Positions 1 through 13,800 of a stretch of 64,000 nt of DNA are shown one piece after another. Position numbers and translations under genes: made by a program. The stretch is from NCBI RefSeq assembly GCF_964204645.1, contig NC_134026.1, forward strand, positions 2,875,950 through 2,939,949, read 5' to 3'. Position 1 is the first letter of the stretch; the number at the start of each line of letters is the position of its first letter. A model generated the notes under the pieces. The model was given only the letters and a program-made list of their open reading frames with translations, did no database searches and was not told the DNA's origin. This stretch comes from Tubulanus polymorphus. Taxonomy: Eukaryota; Animalia; Nemertea.

Positions 1-1165
1 ATTATATATCATTATATTGCATTATGTATATCAAGGTATTAAGGTAAAAGTGTTTTGTATATCTGATAAAACTTATTAAACTGATTCAAAATAAATTGCC
101 GTCTGGTGGACATTTACTTCAACGAGGATCCTCACCTTCTCTCATAACTAACAAAGTTTTCTCGTGGTTTTAATTGATTTGTCATCTTTATTTATCCGTC
201 AATAACTTGAAAACATATCTCGTATAAAAAATAACAATCGTTTAAACAAGATATTTGTCGTTCTGTTGGAATTATCACGCTCGTTCAATGGAGTCTCACA
301 GATGTCGGATCAACCTCAATGGAAATAGGAAGTGTGTCGATTTTGGTCAAGAATCTCGGAGTCGATGGATAAGGAGCCGGACCACAAGAATACGCCTTTG
401 CCACGCCTTTTGATTTAAAAAGTGGGTTTCGTCCTCAATGAAGAATGCTTAAAGGATTCACTCAAGCTTCTGAAAGCTAGGTATTCAAAATGTAAATAGA
501 ATTCTAATATTAGCCGAAGAACTGACAAACCAATTAATGAAATGAGTTTGCCATCCAAAAACGAAGACCCTATGGATCTTTTATTTTGCGTATTAAGTCG
601 CGCCATCGCGTTCTTAAACTCGGGTTCTCATATTCAGTTCCCATTCTTCAAACACGTTGGGTTTTAAGAATAGTTAGCCGATGGCGTCGAATCTAATGTG
701 AACATTCATTAACAGCTAGCGGACCCGGCTTAGTGACCACGTGACTTGCGACAGCTCGACCTTTTTCGAAGATTTTGAATAAGAACAACAATCATGTGAC
801 ATCATAAATGAAAAACCAATGCATAAAATCGAGTATTATAATTTCATTATTTATTTAGAATAATCTTAATGAAAACACTAATTTTTTTAAACTTTATTGA
901 ATTAATGTATGATTATATAATTTCGACAACAATGGCAATGTTAAAGGTTTCTCGCCCGCGTTTTGTGGCAGAGATCAGCAACAACATTGATGCTTTGAAA
1001 TAATGAATACATTTCGTCCATATTTGTATAGCGGTTCATACTCGTGGTTATCAATCAATTTCGAATTTTAGATGAATATCGATAAATACTGGATCAGCTT
1101 CTTAGTTTTCTTCCTGAATAGAAAGTGAAAACAAGTTACGGCCGACAATTTATTGATGGAGGTTT

Positions 1166-1199
1166 GATGCTGATGCTGATGATGATGATGATTATGATG
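1166..1199. repeat. (TGATGC)n/(TGA)n microsatellite
   Basis: TGATGCTGATGCTGATGATGATGATGATTATGATG. Confidence 0.8.
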
Positions 1200-1229
1200 G
1201 AATTTTCTCCCTAAATCTATAGACATGTC

Positions 1230-1313
1230 AAGCCCTGGTTCCACAGAATTGAGTTCGATTTATTCTGAGACTAAATAAATCAAAGTGTAAATTCTCAAAC
1301 GTAGAACTGGGCC
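1230..1313. mobile_element. Small degenerate MITE (GGCCCAGTT(T/C)CAC-type termini)
   Basis: Imperfect inverted termini GCCCTGGTTCCAC... and ...GTAGAACTGGGCCCAG, similar to the element at 40034-40177. Confidence 0.45.
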
Positions 1314-1847
1314 CAGGGGTCCAGACTCGCTGAGAACTTACGAGTAATATAGATATCAACGAGCCTCAATATAATCTATGTTCATGTACTTCGTCATCTG
1401 TACACCCGAATGTGTAACATATGTTTCCACTCATGATACAAGCACCTCTCGTCAAATGAATACACCCGTCGTGAGAACCGGGTTTCGTAGTATGAACACT
1501 TACATCAAGTTTCTTGTTTTCAATTCGTCGATAAATATTGGTGAAACGTATCGAATGATTTAGCAACATTTGTATGAGAAATGGTTAGATTAGTTAATCA
1601 AATTATACACACGATTCAATATTGAATACTTGCTTCGAAACGAAACAGGTCAGCCCATGAATTTCGGTCTGGTGTCGAAATAGGACGTTTTACCACATGT
1701 GCCCTTTTGTCTAGAACATCCATCTGCCACTGAAATGATAATTTCCAAATCTCATTCGGATCGATGGAGTTCTGTTTAATCATATCTAATATACATGTAT
1801 ATAGAGTTTTGAGGAAGAAGAGTGCAGTGCCAAGCAAAAGCCACTAA

Positions 1848-4800
1848 CCTTTTGTGGTTTCACCGAACATGGATGACAGACAGTTGTCATTATACCACTG
1901 TATCGTTCGCACGTACATTTCTGACATTGATCTGGTAAGTTTATCTTGGCAACGTATTGGCCGAACACCTCTGCAACCCGTGTCTGCGATTCTAGTCGAC
2001 CCTCTACAAACCTCTGACTGCTGAAAACGCTACCATGAGTATCGAGCGCGATCTGTTCACATTTGTCGTCAATCGAAATCTTTGCTACGGACAAATCAGC
2101 GCTGTTAGCTGTGTAATATCCATGTCTTTCATATCCTTAAGTGAATTTAAACAATTGAGATTTGAAACGAGAAAGATACCCAGGGATGCTTTTTCATTGA
2201 AAATTCATCAAAGCTTCGAGTAATAAGACTGAAATCGTATCACTTCTAGATCAAACGAACTGTGTCCCTTTGAATTATTCTAGTATACTAAATAGGTCGA
2301 CATGGGGCTCCAACAAAATTTTTAATGAGAAGAGGGTAAAGTTTCTAAAGTATCGAACGCAATTCCTACCTATTGCGTTCAGTGCTTTTAACTTAGCACT
2401 TAGACTCGCTTCTTTAACCAGATGAAGTTCAATTCGTCTCTTCTTCAGCATCCGTTCAACTTCCGGTATGTTCGCAGACGATGTGCGACAAATCCCTGCA
2501 GTGCTACTGCATGTCAATGCTACCAGAATCTTCGACGATGTCCCCCTCAGTGGCAGCTCTAATGCCTTTTTAACGGCAGACACGAGGTCAGTAGACTTCC
2601 CGGCCTTTTCAAGTTTTAATGCACCCGTTACAGCTGTCTTAAAATGATTTACGGGAACTAGAAGACGTCCATCGATCGTATGGAACTGGGCAACGTCGTG
2701 TAGATTCACTCCACCATAACCAACAAGACCGTACATGTTATTTGTCATACCTGTCAGAAAGATATAAGAAATTCAAGAATATCCTGATAATTTCTGTTCC
2801 ATTTGAGACCTATATGAAATGATTTTCTACAGAATTTAGAGGTTTCGAAAAAGTAATTTAGGATCTGGCTAATTCATGCACCCTAAGTGCGTTCAGATAT
2901 TTCATATAGATCCTATATGAGCTCGAATGATTGTTTACCTTTGTGTTCAAGGGCTGTCTCAATTTGTTGAAGAATTACTGGTAATTTTGAAGCGATTTCC
3001 TTGTTGCAAGGTTTTTCTTCTACTACAAAAATGACGTCAGCCGACCGTACCAGGATGTCACTCATCGTTACGGTCTGTCCTTCATTTATCAACTGTCCAG
3101 TTTTTGATAAGCATTTATCTGAAAACGAGTTATACAGAGATAAACAATCGATAACCAAGCGTAATCCGCGTTGTAACAATATTCTTCTAGAAATGTAGAC
3201 TTACGACAGAATGGAGGCGATCTCAGCTTGACTTTTTGGGCGGCGCAATCTTTGACGTAGATCAAAGCCGATTTGCAAACCTTTGATTCGAGTTGATATC
3301 GTTCGAGGGTGGAGCCTGATTGTTTTTTGCACATTTGGCGATAAGGCTCTGCTTTGACCTGGAAAATATAAACATTCGGTCATATCAAACATTCGTGTGA
3401 ATGATTAAGCCAATCCTAGTGACGTCACTTAAGGCTTCTAGAACTACGAACTCGGGGGGTGTGAGTGTAGGGTATTCAATGAGTGTTCTTGTCATACATA
3501 CCACACCGAAACAAGGTTTGAAAATAGATGATTTGCTCTCGAAAAGATGTTCGCACATTTGATCAGCTTCCCTGTTCTTGATCAATGAAGATCTTTGCAA
3601 GGCAACATTTCCGTCGTTTTCGCATCTATTCGCCACTTGCCAGCTGCTCAGTAGCGTTTCCAGGTTTTTAGTAACGCGACCGTCCGGTGTCATTAGTTCG
3701 TTGTTCTGTTCGTTGTCGAATGTGCCCATCAGTCCGGCTGTGCGCCCGTGATATAGCGCCGATATCGATACAGTACACGAATCGTGAGCCGTATCACACG
3801 AAACTGATAATCCTCGCTTCTTGTTTTCTACCACGACATTCGCTCCACGACGTTCGACGACGCTTTCGCCCAGGTAAATGGGTAGATCCTTCACGCGTCC
3901 GTCAACTGCAACCTGAAATACAGCAAACCGCAGGGTTCACTCTACAGTCTCACGGCTGAATATTTCAATGCGATTTTGGCAATTATAACTAGATTGTCAT
4001 AAAGCAACGTATTAACTATATTTGTTTAAGATTACTTACTTTATAATCCGGTTTGATCAGTATATCTTTTTGGTCAATTTTGATTTCGAGAGAAACTTTC
4101 CTCTGGCTAGGCGAGTTGTTATCATAGTTAACGAACACTGCGAACTGACCGTTTGCGAAATCTTTAGCCAAAACGTAGCTGCATTTACCGGCTAGTTCAT
4201 AGTATTTCTTGTCGAAAGTGATGAAATGCTGATTGCCGATAAGCGATGCTTGAGCTGTACACCAAAAAAGAAGTGTGGATTGATGACACTAATCGAAAAA
4301 AAAGTTTTTCGGTGACAACTTCAAATAATCTAGAAAAAGGGATGCACCTGTGAATGCTGGTAGTAGTATTGTAGGGCGATGTAAACCATTCATTAAGTTA
4401 TTGCCAGTCTCGATGATCCTATCCAATATTCCCCTCGTCCAGTAGTAATAGTCGGCCAACTCCTCTAATGGCGCCTTCAGGTCTTTGAGCGACTTCACGC
4501 GTATCGGCAAACCAATCTGCATTACTAGCTCACCGGATTCGTAATTTGATGATAGAATCTTCGTTTTGTCCAGTTTCAGAGCCTCTTTTACCGATTGTGC
4601 TAGCGTCGATTTTATCAGGCTAATGGGATCATCAGGAAGACCGAGGAATTTCAGTGAGCTGGTCACCTATAAATATAACCAGAGCAAGTGTTATTGGACA
4701 AGATCCGGTTAGCGTTAATCAATATACACACAACTTACGCCAAATTTCAAAGTAGCAAGGACTTGATATTTCTCTTCCTGGAGTCTTAGGACTTCCACTA

Positions 4801-7800
4801 AAGTGGCCATATACGAATGCGATATTGGCTTCGGGCGATGCAAGTAGTTGGTTAATGTTGACCATCTCGACTGTGCGTTATTTCTTCCCAGTAGATCTTT
4901 AAAATCAATAGATATTCTCATGAAAATAGAACGGGATATGCAAAACGTAGGCATTATGATGTGAAGAGCATTTCACTCACTGTTATATTTCTGGGAAACA
5001 GTGTTTTCAAGCGTAGTCATCATATTTTTGACCGCTTGCATTTTTGAACTACGGCGCATTTTCGAAATTTGCCAAGCAATTCTCTGAAATATTAATGGCA
5101 ATATCGTCATCTTTTATCTTTTTAAATAACTTGATGAAAGGTCACCGAGTTCTGTACCTGATAAGCAACAGAGACTGTATCCATTGACCAATGGTTTACG
5201 TTAGAAATTCTGCTGAAGATCGATTCGAGTTTCGAGGAAATTTTCCATCGGAGTTGCAGATATTGGTAGTAGGTCGGTTGCATGGCAATCATGATCCTTT
5301 CCATTGCTTCCATAGCCATCAAATGCGCCCGCAGTCTGACTATTTCAATACGGTCACCTAGACTTCGTCTTGCGATCAGATATTTCTCTCTAGAATAAAT
5401 ACATCACATCGATTCTGTGAATAGGATATTTGACAATGATAAGTAAGCTATATGTAACTGATCATATCGACCCAGGTTATGGTTAATATCCAAAATATTT
5501 AGAACTGTGGACTTTTGACGTAAATCTGAATGAAGAGTAGTCAATTTACCTGATCCAGCCGTAGTTACTCAGGTAATGCTGTTTTAATGACGATGCGATC
5601 GCTTCTATTTCTGGCCCATACAATTCTTTGTATTCTGGTAGATCCGATTTCAGCTGCGAAACCTAAAACGTTTCAGTTTTAAACAATATTTCTTTGTCTG
5701 ACGATTTTATGAGCAGTCGTCGTTTTGATGAATTATTCTACTTACCTTATCGCTGAGTTCCTGGCCGATTGTCTGGGAAATGCTGTAAATCTTAGATCTC
5801 TTTTGGTTGATTTCATTAAGAAGCATCTGCACCAAATAAAAAGCAATTTTGATATATCCTTCGTCCATTCTAAAGAGGTTAGCTCAATTGGTCGGTATTT
5901 TACCTGGATTTTGTTGATCGTATGCTGTTTCCAATGTATTCGCGACTTGAGAATATGATCTGTGACCAATTCCAACGAAACTAAAGCGTCGCTTGATCGC
6001 CGTACCTTATCCTGATGCGATACTTCTATTTTCACTAATTTATCATTGACGTATCCAACGAAAACCTGGACCAACTCTTCCAAATCTAGAAGATATATAC
6101 GCGCATCCTGATTAAGATTCGATACGGAAATGTGTGCACGTAATTCTCTTTTCAACCTACCGTGGATATTGGTGCTGATTTTCAGGTCAACGTTAAGAGC
6201 CTTCGGGTTAATGATGATATCGCTCTTGAAGTGTTTGTCACCGATCACCGTGACTGCAGTTAGTTCGCTGATCTCAGTGGTAGAAAGTGGCTGAGCCAAT
6301 TTCACATCGGTTCGCATGCATTTCAGTGGTGACAGATACTAATATGAATAAAAGTTTGATGTGAGCTTAGTGAGCTTAATTAATTCAGAAAGACAGAGTA
6401 CTATTGAATCTTAAGATGTAAAACATTTTGAAAAGCACAGAGAGAGAGAGAGGCGTATGCTCTAATACTATATGAAATACATTTCTCTGCAATGAGCGGT
6501 AAATACCTGTAAAGTGACAACCCTTGAATTGCTATCTAAAGCACCGTACACGTAGTTTGTCTGCATCTGGCCGTTGGACATTTTGTAGTAAGATAAGAAT
6601 CCAGCTGATGGTCGAATTGACGAGAAAACTATATGCGTTGATATAGCAAGATCCAGCTTGCTTCTCGGGTGTTTAACGACGGCGCTTATAGTATAGTTCT
6701 GTGCATCGTTTGCGATACGAATTATCTTCAGTTCAACACTTGCAGTGAAGGATGGATTTTTCGGAGCACCGATTTCAGTTTGGAAAACAATTTCTTTCTC
6801 CGTGTCCAACATGCTGCGTCTGACCTTAAATACGAAAAAAGATCGATTCCAAATTACTTCAGTATATCAGTGGGAAATATCATTCAAATTTGTGAAAACC
6901 AACCTGTTTGTCAGCTACTCTCCTTTCAATCATCATTTTCCAAACTCGTTCTTCGTTGATCATATAAACGCTATCGATAATGATTGAAGACCATTGTGAA
7001 TTCTTTTTTAACCGCATCTCAAAACTTCTCTTGGCAATGTTAACTTTAATCACAGCTTCCCCGCTTCTTCGCGTGTAAGTTATTGCTAAATCCTTCTTAG
7101 CATTCACATCGCTTTTCTCCCTGGTTATTTCAATCACACGTTGGACTTTGTTTGCGTCCTTTTCCGATGTAATTTCGACTGTGACCGGTTTCATTGTACT
7201 TCCAAATCGTCCGTACACTTTCAAATGTTGTTTCCATCCCGAAGTGGTGGCTTCAATGTCCAATGTTGTTGCCGCGGACATTTTAGTATTGCGAATAGTA
7301 ACATCGGTGTTAAGCGTTGTGACCATCCTTTCGTTACTAGGCTTCACCGTATCAAGAGTTACGAGTGCTAAAACTTTCACCGGCGTTTCAATGTCGAGTT
7401 TTACATTCCAGCTTGGTTTTTCAATTTTTTTCTTGATCTCAATGTTAGACGACCAAATGTTCTTGCGGTTGTGATTTACGGTCATGACATTTTTGAAAAT
7501 GCCGGCGTTACAGTGTAAAATATGCTGTCCAACAAACTTCAGGTTTCCTATCAGTGGACAATTACTGATGGCAATTAGACCAACCTTCATATCAATGTCT
7601 GTAAACTTCGTTCCTGACATCTTGTATGCAATTCTATATGTATCTGTTTTACTAGCTCCATACTTCATGATGACTTTGTATCCAGCCATACTTTCTACTG
7701 TATCTCTACTGATCTCAAATCGCACATTTTGCAGACCGGTAAACGTCGTCTTTACCTCGGCAAATATTCCACGATCGAATGCAATCGGAGTTCTAAACAT

Positions 7801-10800
7801 CAAAGGAATGATGTTAGTTGATATTTCGGCTATTTTTTCACCGTTGTATGTGGCTTCGATGTGTCTCTTTTCTTCGCCAACTTTGCTGTATTTTACTACA
7901 GCTTCAGTTAAAAATTTCTTAAACCAAGGCAACAAGTTCTTTATGCTTACACTGGCCTCACCATGTATGCAGCGGCCTTCAATGTTCAGGAGTTTATCAG
8001 CATTGAAAGTCATTTCCGTCAGCAGTTCGTATTTCCTTTCATTCCAGTTAGCCTCCCAGTTTACCTTTGTTTCTGCCGACCAAGTTGGCATCAACTTCAC
8101 TGACATCTCGGCGTTAAATCTTGTCCAACTAATGCTTGTCATTCGGGCTGATGCTTGAATGTTTTCATATCCTTTCAATGGCGTTAAAATACTGACCTCG
8201 TACACGGCTCCACTGTCGTGGTTCCAGGTTGTCCTGATTTGGTAACGTCGTGCCACTATATTTGGCCTTCGTGTTGTGAGTGCTACATTAAGTCCACTTG
8301 CTTTATCGGCTTCGAGAGTGAATTCGTAAGCTATACGATCTATCAAATCAATATTTATCGCAGATGATGGTTTCGCAGATGATAATTTCTGTTGCAGATT
8401 GAATACGAGCCCCCTATAGTTCTTCCATGGAGTCTGTATCTTGATAAGCACTGACATATCTTTTAAGGAGACTACCTTGTAGTGAGCAACCAACGATACT
8501 CGTTTTGATAAACCATAAGCTACATTCGCTTCAATGGAGACTTTCTTGTCGTTAGTTTGACTAATCGTTGCGTCGAATGTGGTCATACGCATATTTTTGA
8601 ACGGGGTCTCCAGAACCATTGCGACTCTTAAATTTTCTCGTAGGTCAATATCAGCACTCATAGATAACTTGTCAAGAATAGGGATAATTCTGAACTCCAT
8701 GCTGGCCTGTAACTTATGGAATTGGCTGTCGTCAAATTTCATTTCAGCGGAGATCATCTTCGCATTATGGTAAGGCGTAACTATTTTGATGCTCACGGAT
8801 GCAGATGGGGTAACCTGCTGATTCATATCAATGCGTATCTTATCGAATATGGGCAACCATTGTATCGTAAGATCGCCATCAAATTGATCAGCTTTGGATT
8901 CCGATCCGATTTCGAAGTGGACAAGCTTGATGTACGAAAGTGGAGTCCGCAGGAGAACTTTGATCCTTCGACTTGGTGAAACATACAGATTTGAACTGAT
9001 GATGTTTTCTTTGTTTACGTCATTGATTGAAATATCGATCTTGTAATCTCCTTCGATGTTCTTTGAAATGAAAGATCCTTGTAGATATCTGAAGCTTTCG
9101 ATCGGTGTGCGAATACTGGCATCGACGACGCTGTTATCCCAGCTTAGATGATTCACATTGGCTACTATTTGTACCCTATTTTCAGGTCGACGCCATTTTC
9201 CAACTATCTCTACGGCTGAAATTCGCTGTTGCTGATAGTCAACCTTTACTCTGACTCCCATAATCTGGTATTCCTCGTATGGCGTGGTTACCTCGATAGA
9301 TGCCTCACGTGCAACATTTATCTGGTTGTTGAATTTGCCTACGACAGTGATTGTCTTCGATTCGCCATAATTTACGTGTCCTTCGATGCCGTACATGTTC
9401 GGATGCGAAGATTGAATTTTTGCGCTCAGCGAGTACCTTGGTTCTGGAAGTAAAGTTCCTGCAACCAGTCCACTCAACGCAAACGCTTCTCCTTCTGGTG
9501 TGTTCCTCGCCACTTTTGCATTGATATCTAAAGTCTTCGCTTTGACAACGATGGATGAATCTAATTCGACCTCTGATTTGCTCGTCTGCAATTTGACCGT
9601 CGTCGATAGAGGAATGAGATAGTACAGACCCCCTATTGAGGACAGGGTGATCTTATCTTCACGCACTCCCGCTCTTTTTTCTACGTCATGCGCTATGTTC
9701 AACAGCGCCCCCTTTCGGTTATTGATCTCCAAACCAGCAGACGACTCGATCTGGCCTTCCTTACGACGATACAATTTCACATTAATGCTTTCAAGTTCAG
9801 GCAAAGAACTTTTCAAAGTAGCAGTCAATCCCATTTCACTATTGCCTAAGTTATTTACACTTTTAAGGGTAGCTATGTTGTACTCCATATAGTGACTTAT
9901 CTTCCTCGCGGTATATTCCATGCGTCCTGAAAGTCTCTCTCCAGTCGCTTCTCGAATGTGGTTAATACTCGCTTCAATCTTGTAAACCTTCACACCATCG
10001 CGTTTTCCCTCAACCATTCCCGATACCTTTCCGCCTTGAAATCTGCTTATTGCTGTGAACTGCTCAGTTCGGCGGGTATTCCATATCGTGCTGCTAAAAT
10101 CTGAATTCCATGGCCGGCTGAAGTCGGTCTTATAGTAGAACCCTAGACCCCAACTCTTTTCCGGATATCGTGCAACGTCATCGAAAAATTTCAATTCGTT
10201 TCTACTTTCGCTCCAATGATCCCTCATCATTGATTGAAATTCGGCCTTGAAACGACGATTTTCTCGATACGACCAGCTGAAATCGATCTTCGTATTCCAT
10301 CCACCGGCATACGGGTTGATACTGCTTCCAATGAGAAAATCGTGCGTTTCATCGTCAATGATCGCCCTTCCTCTGATTTTGGTATTTCTCAGCTCCGGTT
10401 CTATGGTGGCTTCGATGCTGGCCTTGTGCTCTTTACTGTTGTGAAACGAGTAAACATTCGACACGACATGTTTCAGATTTGAGGTTGGGTCGTCGCGAAT
10501 ATTTGTAACGAATTCAAGTCGCTTCACGCCTTCAGCTGCCCAAAGAAATAATAATGGCGAATACAAAGATCAAGAAATGAATATGGAAGAACTAGATTCT
10601 GCATTCATAATTGGTAGCGCATAATTCGAATACGCCTTAATGATATTTCAGTTTTTACCGAGAAATGTTTTAAAAAGACTCGTCATAATCTACGGAAAAA
10701 CAGCTTACCGATTATCTTTAACCTGTGCATCATCTCTCCGCGGCTAACTTCACTCATTTCAGCTTCGAATGAATGTGTCCATTTGAACAGATCAATGTCG

Positions 10801-13800
10801 ACTTTCACTGATTTTCTATATTCAGGAACGGCTTGGATGATGCTCTTTGCAGCAATGCGCAACATATTTTTCTTGTTATCTTTTAATTGGCCGAAAGCCG
10901 AAAACGAATTGCCCTCTCGTTCGAGCTCTATATCTAAAGTTACGTCAGCCCTCTGAAATGAAAAAGCACTCCACTCTGAATTGAAAATCGGTCCCGTGAT
11001 GTATTATCCTTGTGATATCATAAACCCATTCAGTAAAATGTTATACAATACCCACCAGTATTAGTTCACTTGAAGCATATCCAAGTTTTTTTATGACATT
11101 TCAGATACCAATCACGTCACGTTTACTAATGAGTTTTGCATATTTTGAAACGGGGCTTTTTAAAGATATGTTAATGTGTAATCTCTATTGGCCTTAAATG
11201 GGCGCTTACCGACTTAGGATTAAGCAAAGCCGCCTTGAAAATAACTTTTTCGGCCGGATCAACACTGTTCCACGCCATACGTGGTCTCTCGACGCCGACT
11301 CTGAATGCAAATTGCTTCTTTGGATCAGTCAGATCAGTGCCGTATCGTAGTTTCATGTCGTAGGTGTTGGGTAGAGGGATATTAATTCGATCGTCCTTCT
11401 TTGTCGTGAATTCGCCGTGGAAATTGTATTCTGGGAAGTTCGTTGTTTCAAGTGCGCTATACAGATATAAAAATCGTAATGATGAAATTGTTTTGTCTTT
11501 TAGCCGATTCGATGTCAGTTGGTGACATATCCAAGAATTTCCGACTATTCTGATTATCACAAAAATGCGGCTTATTTTTTCGTTTTACTTACACGTTCGC
11601 ATACTTTCTCTTGATACCATTGGCCTCGGTTGTCTCGCGTAACTTAGTGTTAAATACCATGCGTTCTGATTTTCTATAATTCTTCAGTTTGTATACAACC
11701 TCGTGCCGTGACGTCACCCCAACGTTATTCCACTCCTGGAATCCGTCCCAGTGGAACGTGAGTATGGATGATTGGATGTTGAGCTTGATATCGGTTCGGC
11801 TGACTGGTAACCCTCTGGTCTTTAATTCACCTGAAGATTATATCCGAATTCATGAATGAGTGCTTTACGGAGACACAAGGCATTGTCAAATTCATCTTTT
11901 TACGTTATCGATGCAAAATTACCCATTCATCCGGCTCTTACCTGCAAGGATTATTGGTTTTTCATAGACATTTTCAGCCTGTAACTGTACACCCCAGTGT
12001 CCCTTGTGGTCGTTCCTGGTCAAAGCTCCTGACACTTGAATCGGTGGTCGCCCCGGTCTTTTGAGTAGGAAAGTCGGTTGTACACTCAGCACGCCTGGAA
12101 GGGAGTTCTGGTAAGCTAGTGATGCAATGATAGCGTAATCCTGTCGATCCAAGGTCAATGAACCACTCAGTCCGTATTCTGATTTTTCCGCATTGAGTTT
12201 TCCTAGAAGAGTAAATAAAATTCATTTCACATGATTCCAGATTAAGTCTAGAATAATTCGATATCAAACTTGTCTATTCTTACCTAGTTTTCCTTCGAGT
12301 CTCATTTGTCTCCAAGGTGATCTCAATTTTAGCGTCATTTCGGTGTTTTTCATGTCACGTGGTTTGAAGATGAATTCTCCCGACATATGACGGTCCACAC
12401 GTGAACCCGGGGTGTCAAACTTGAACATGGCTACATAGTCTCTGTACGACTGTTCGGCAACACGAGTCTGAAAGCAAATATCGAAGAGAACGTTACAACA
12501 TTCCAAAGTGGGTTAGGCATCTTTAAGCAATGATTGAGACAGTACTAGCGTGCCTTGTGAGACTGTACTTTAGCATGAAGGACATATTGGTCAAACGAGT
12601 CGGTTTTCTCAAGCGTTATCTTAAAACTAGCTGGACCGCTTAATGGGAAGCCTGGTTGCCCGGGTTGTGTTAAAGATGGTATTTCTGCTCGCGCGCAAAG
12701 TCTGACTCCTAGAGCACTTCCCAATGAGTTCGGTGTACATTTTGACATAGTTGTTGTCTGTTGGGTATCTGGGGTACTCAAGTCTTCGATCTCTCTCTCG
12801 CGATGAATGACAAATAATTTCGACCTGAAAAAAATCCAATCATTGTGAATTTGTATCTATTCTGATTTTAGATCGTTAACATCTGTCTTTTTCATCAACA
12901 CATTGGAGATTGTTGGATGGAAAATATGTCATATCATCATTTACGATTTATATCTTGCTTACTTGGCATCGAGAATTTCCATCGACTCTTTTGGCAGATC
13001 TAAGCTCATGTCGAGAATTTGACCGTCCTTCAGGCTGAATTTAGCCTTAACCTCCGTGCTGCTGTGTAAGGTCGTCAGCATTTTCAGGCCACTCTTCGTG
13101 TAGAATGCATCAAGTGACATCGTACTTTCGATGGCTACAGCACCACTAGAAGAACAAACGTTCTGGTGTAGCACTTTGATATTTCCAAAAGTGAAATTTC
13201 AGATCAAAATAATTTCAAAGGATTTTAGATTCTGCCATTCGTGTTGTTTCAGTGCTCGATTGATAAATAATGTGACTGATTTTCTAACCTTGGTGCAACG
13301 TGAGCTTCAAGTTCAGCGGATTTGCTCAAGATGTGACTGACATCAACTTTGCCCGAAATCTAAATAAGTGCAGAAGACATAAATACGGCATTGAAACTGG
13401 AATTACCAATATGCTCAGTGAAATATCGATAGATGAACTGAAACTGAAATCAAACGTTTATTGGGATTCGAACCTTTGTGCGCATTGACATTGTACCATC
13501 AACGTTTAGACGCAGAGGTAACCCTGTGATTGTAGGTACAACCAATGATGCTTCCATGATCTTAGCATTTTGGGAGAACTCTTTAGTTTGTTTCTGACCG
13601 AGACTGGTTAAGAGATCGAACAGATTGATATTCATCGATCCGTCGTCGTTTTTCTTCATCAGGTCCAAATATGCCATTTCGTTTCCGAACATTTTCACGT
13701 AGAGTGACGCTTTCGCGTTTGCGTTGCGTGGCGACCGGGCGTTCATCTGAAAATACCATCATATAAGAAATAAGAATTCAATAGAACTTAATGTTTCGAG

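Noticed and set aside
415-606. 63-aa minus-strand ORF as a coding exon
   Set aside because: No recognisable homology, and no splice combination I tried extends an open frame.
7141-10482. Plus-strand ORFs (e.g. 7484..8158, 224 aa)
   Set aside because: These are antisense shadows of the large apolipophorin exon.
12780-12800. RERDRR furin site in ORF 12627..12839
   Set aside because: It is in the wrong frame. The phase-2 splice gives SKLFVIHREREIEDLSTPD.
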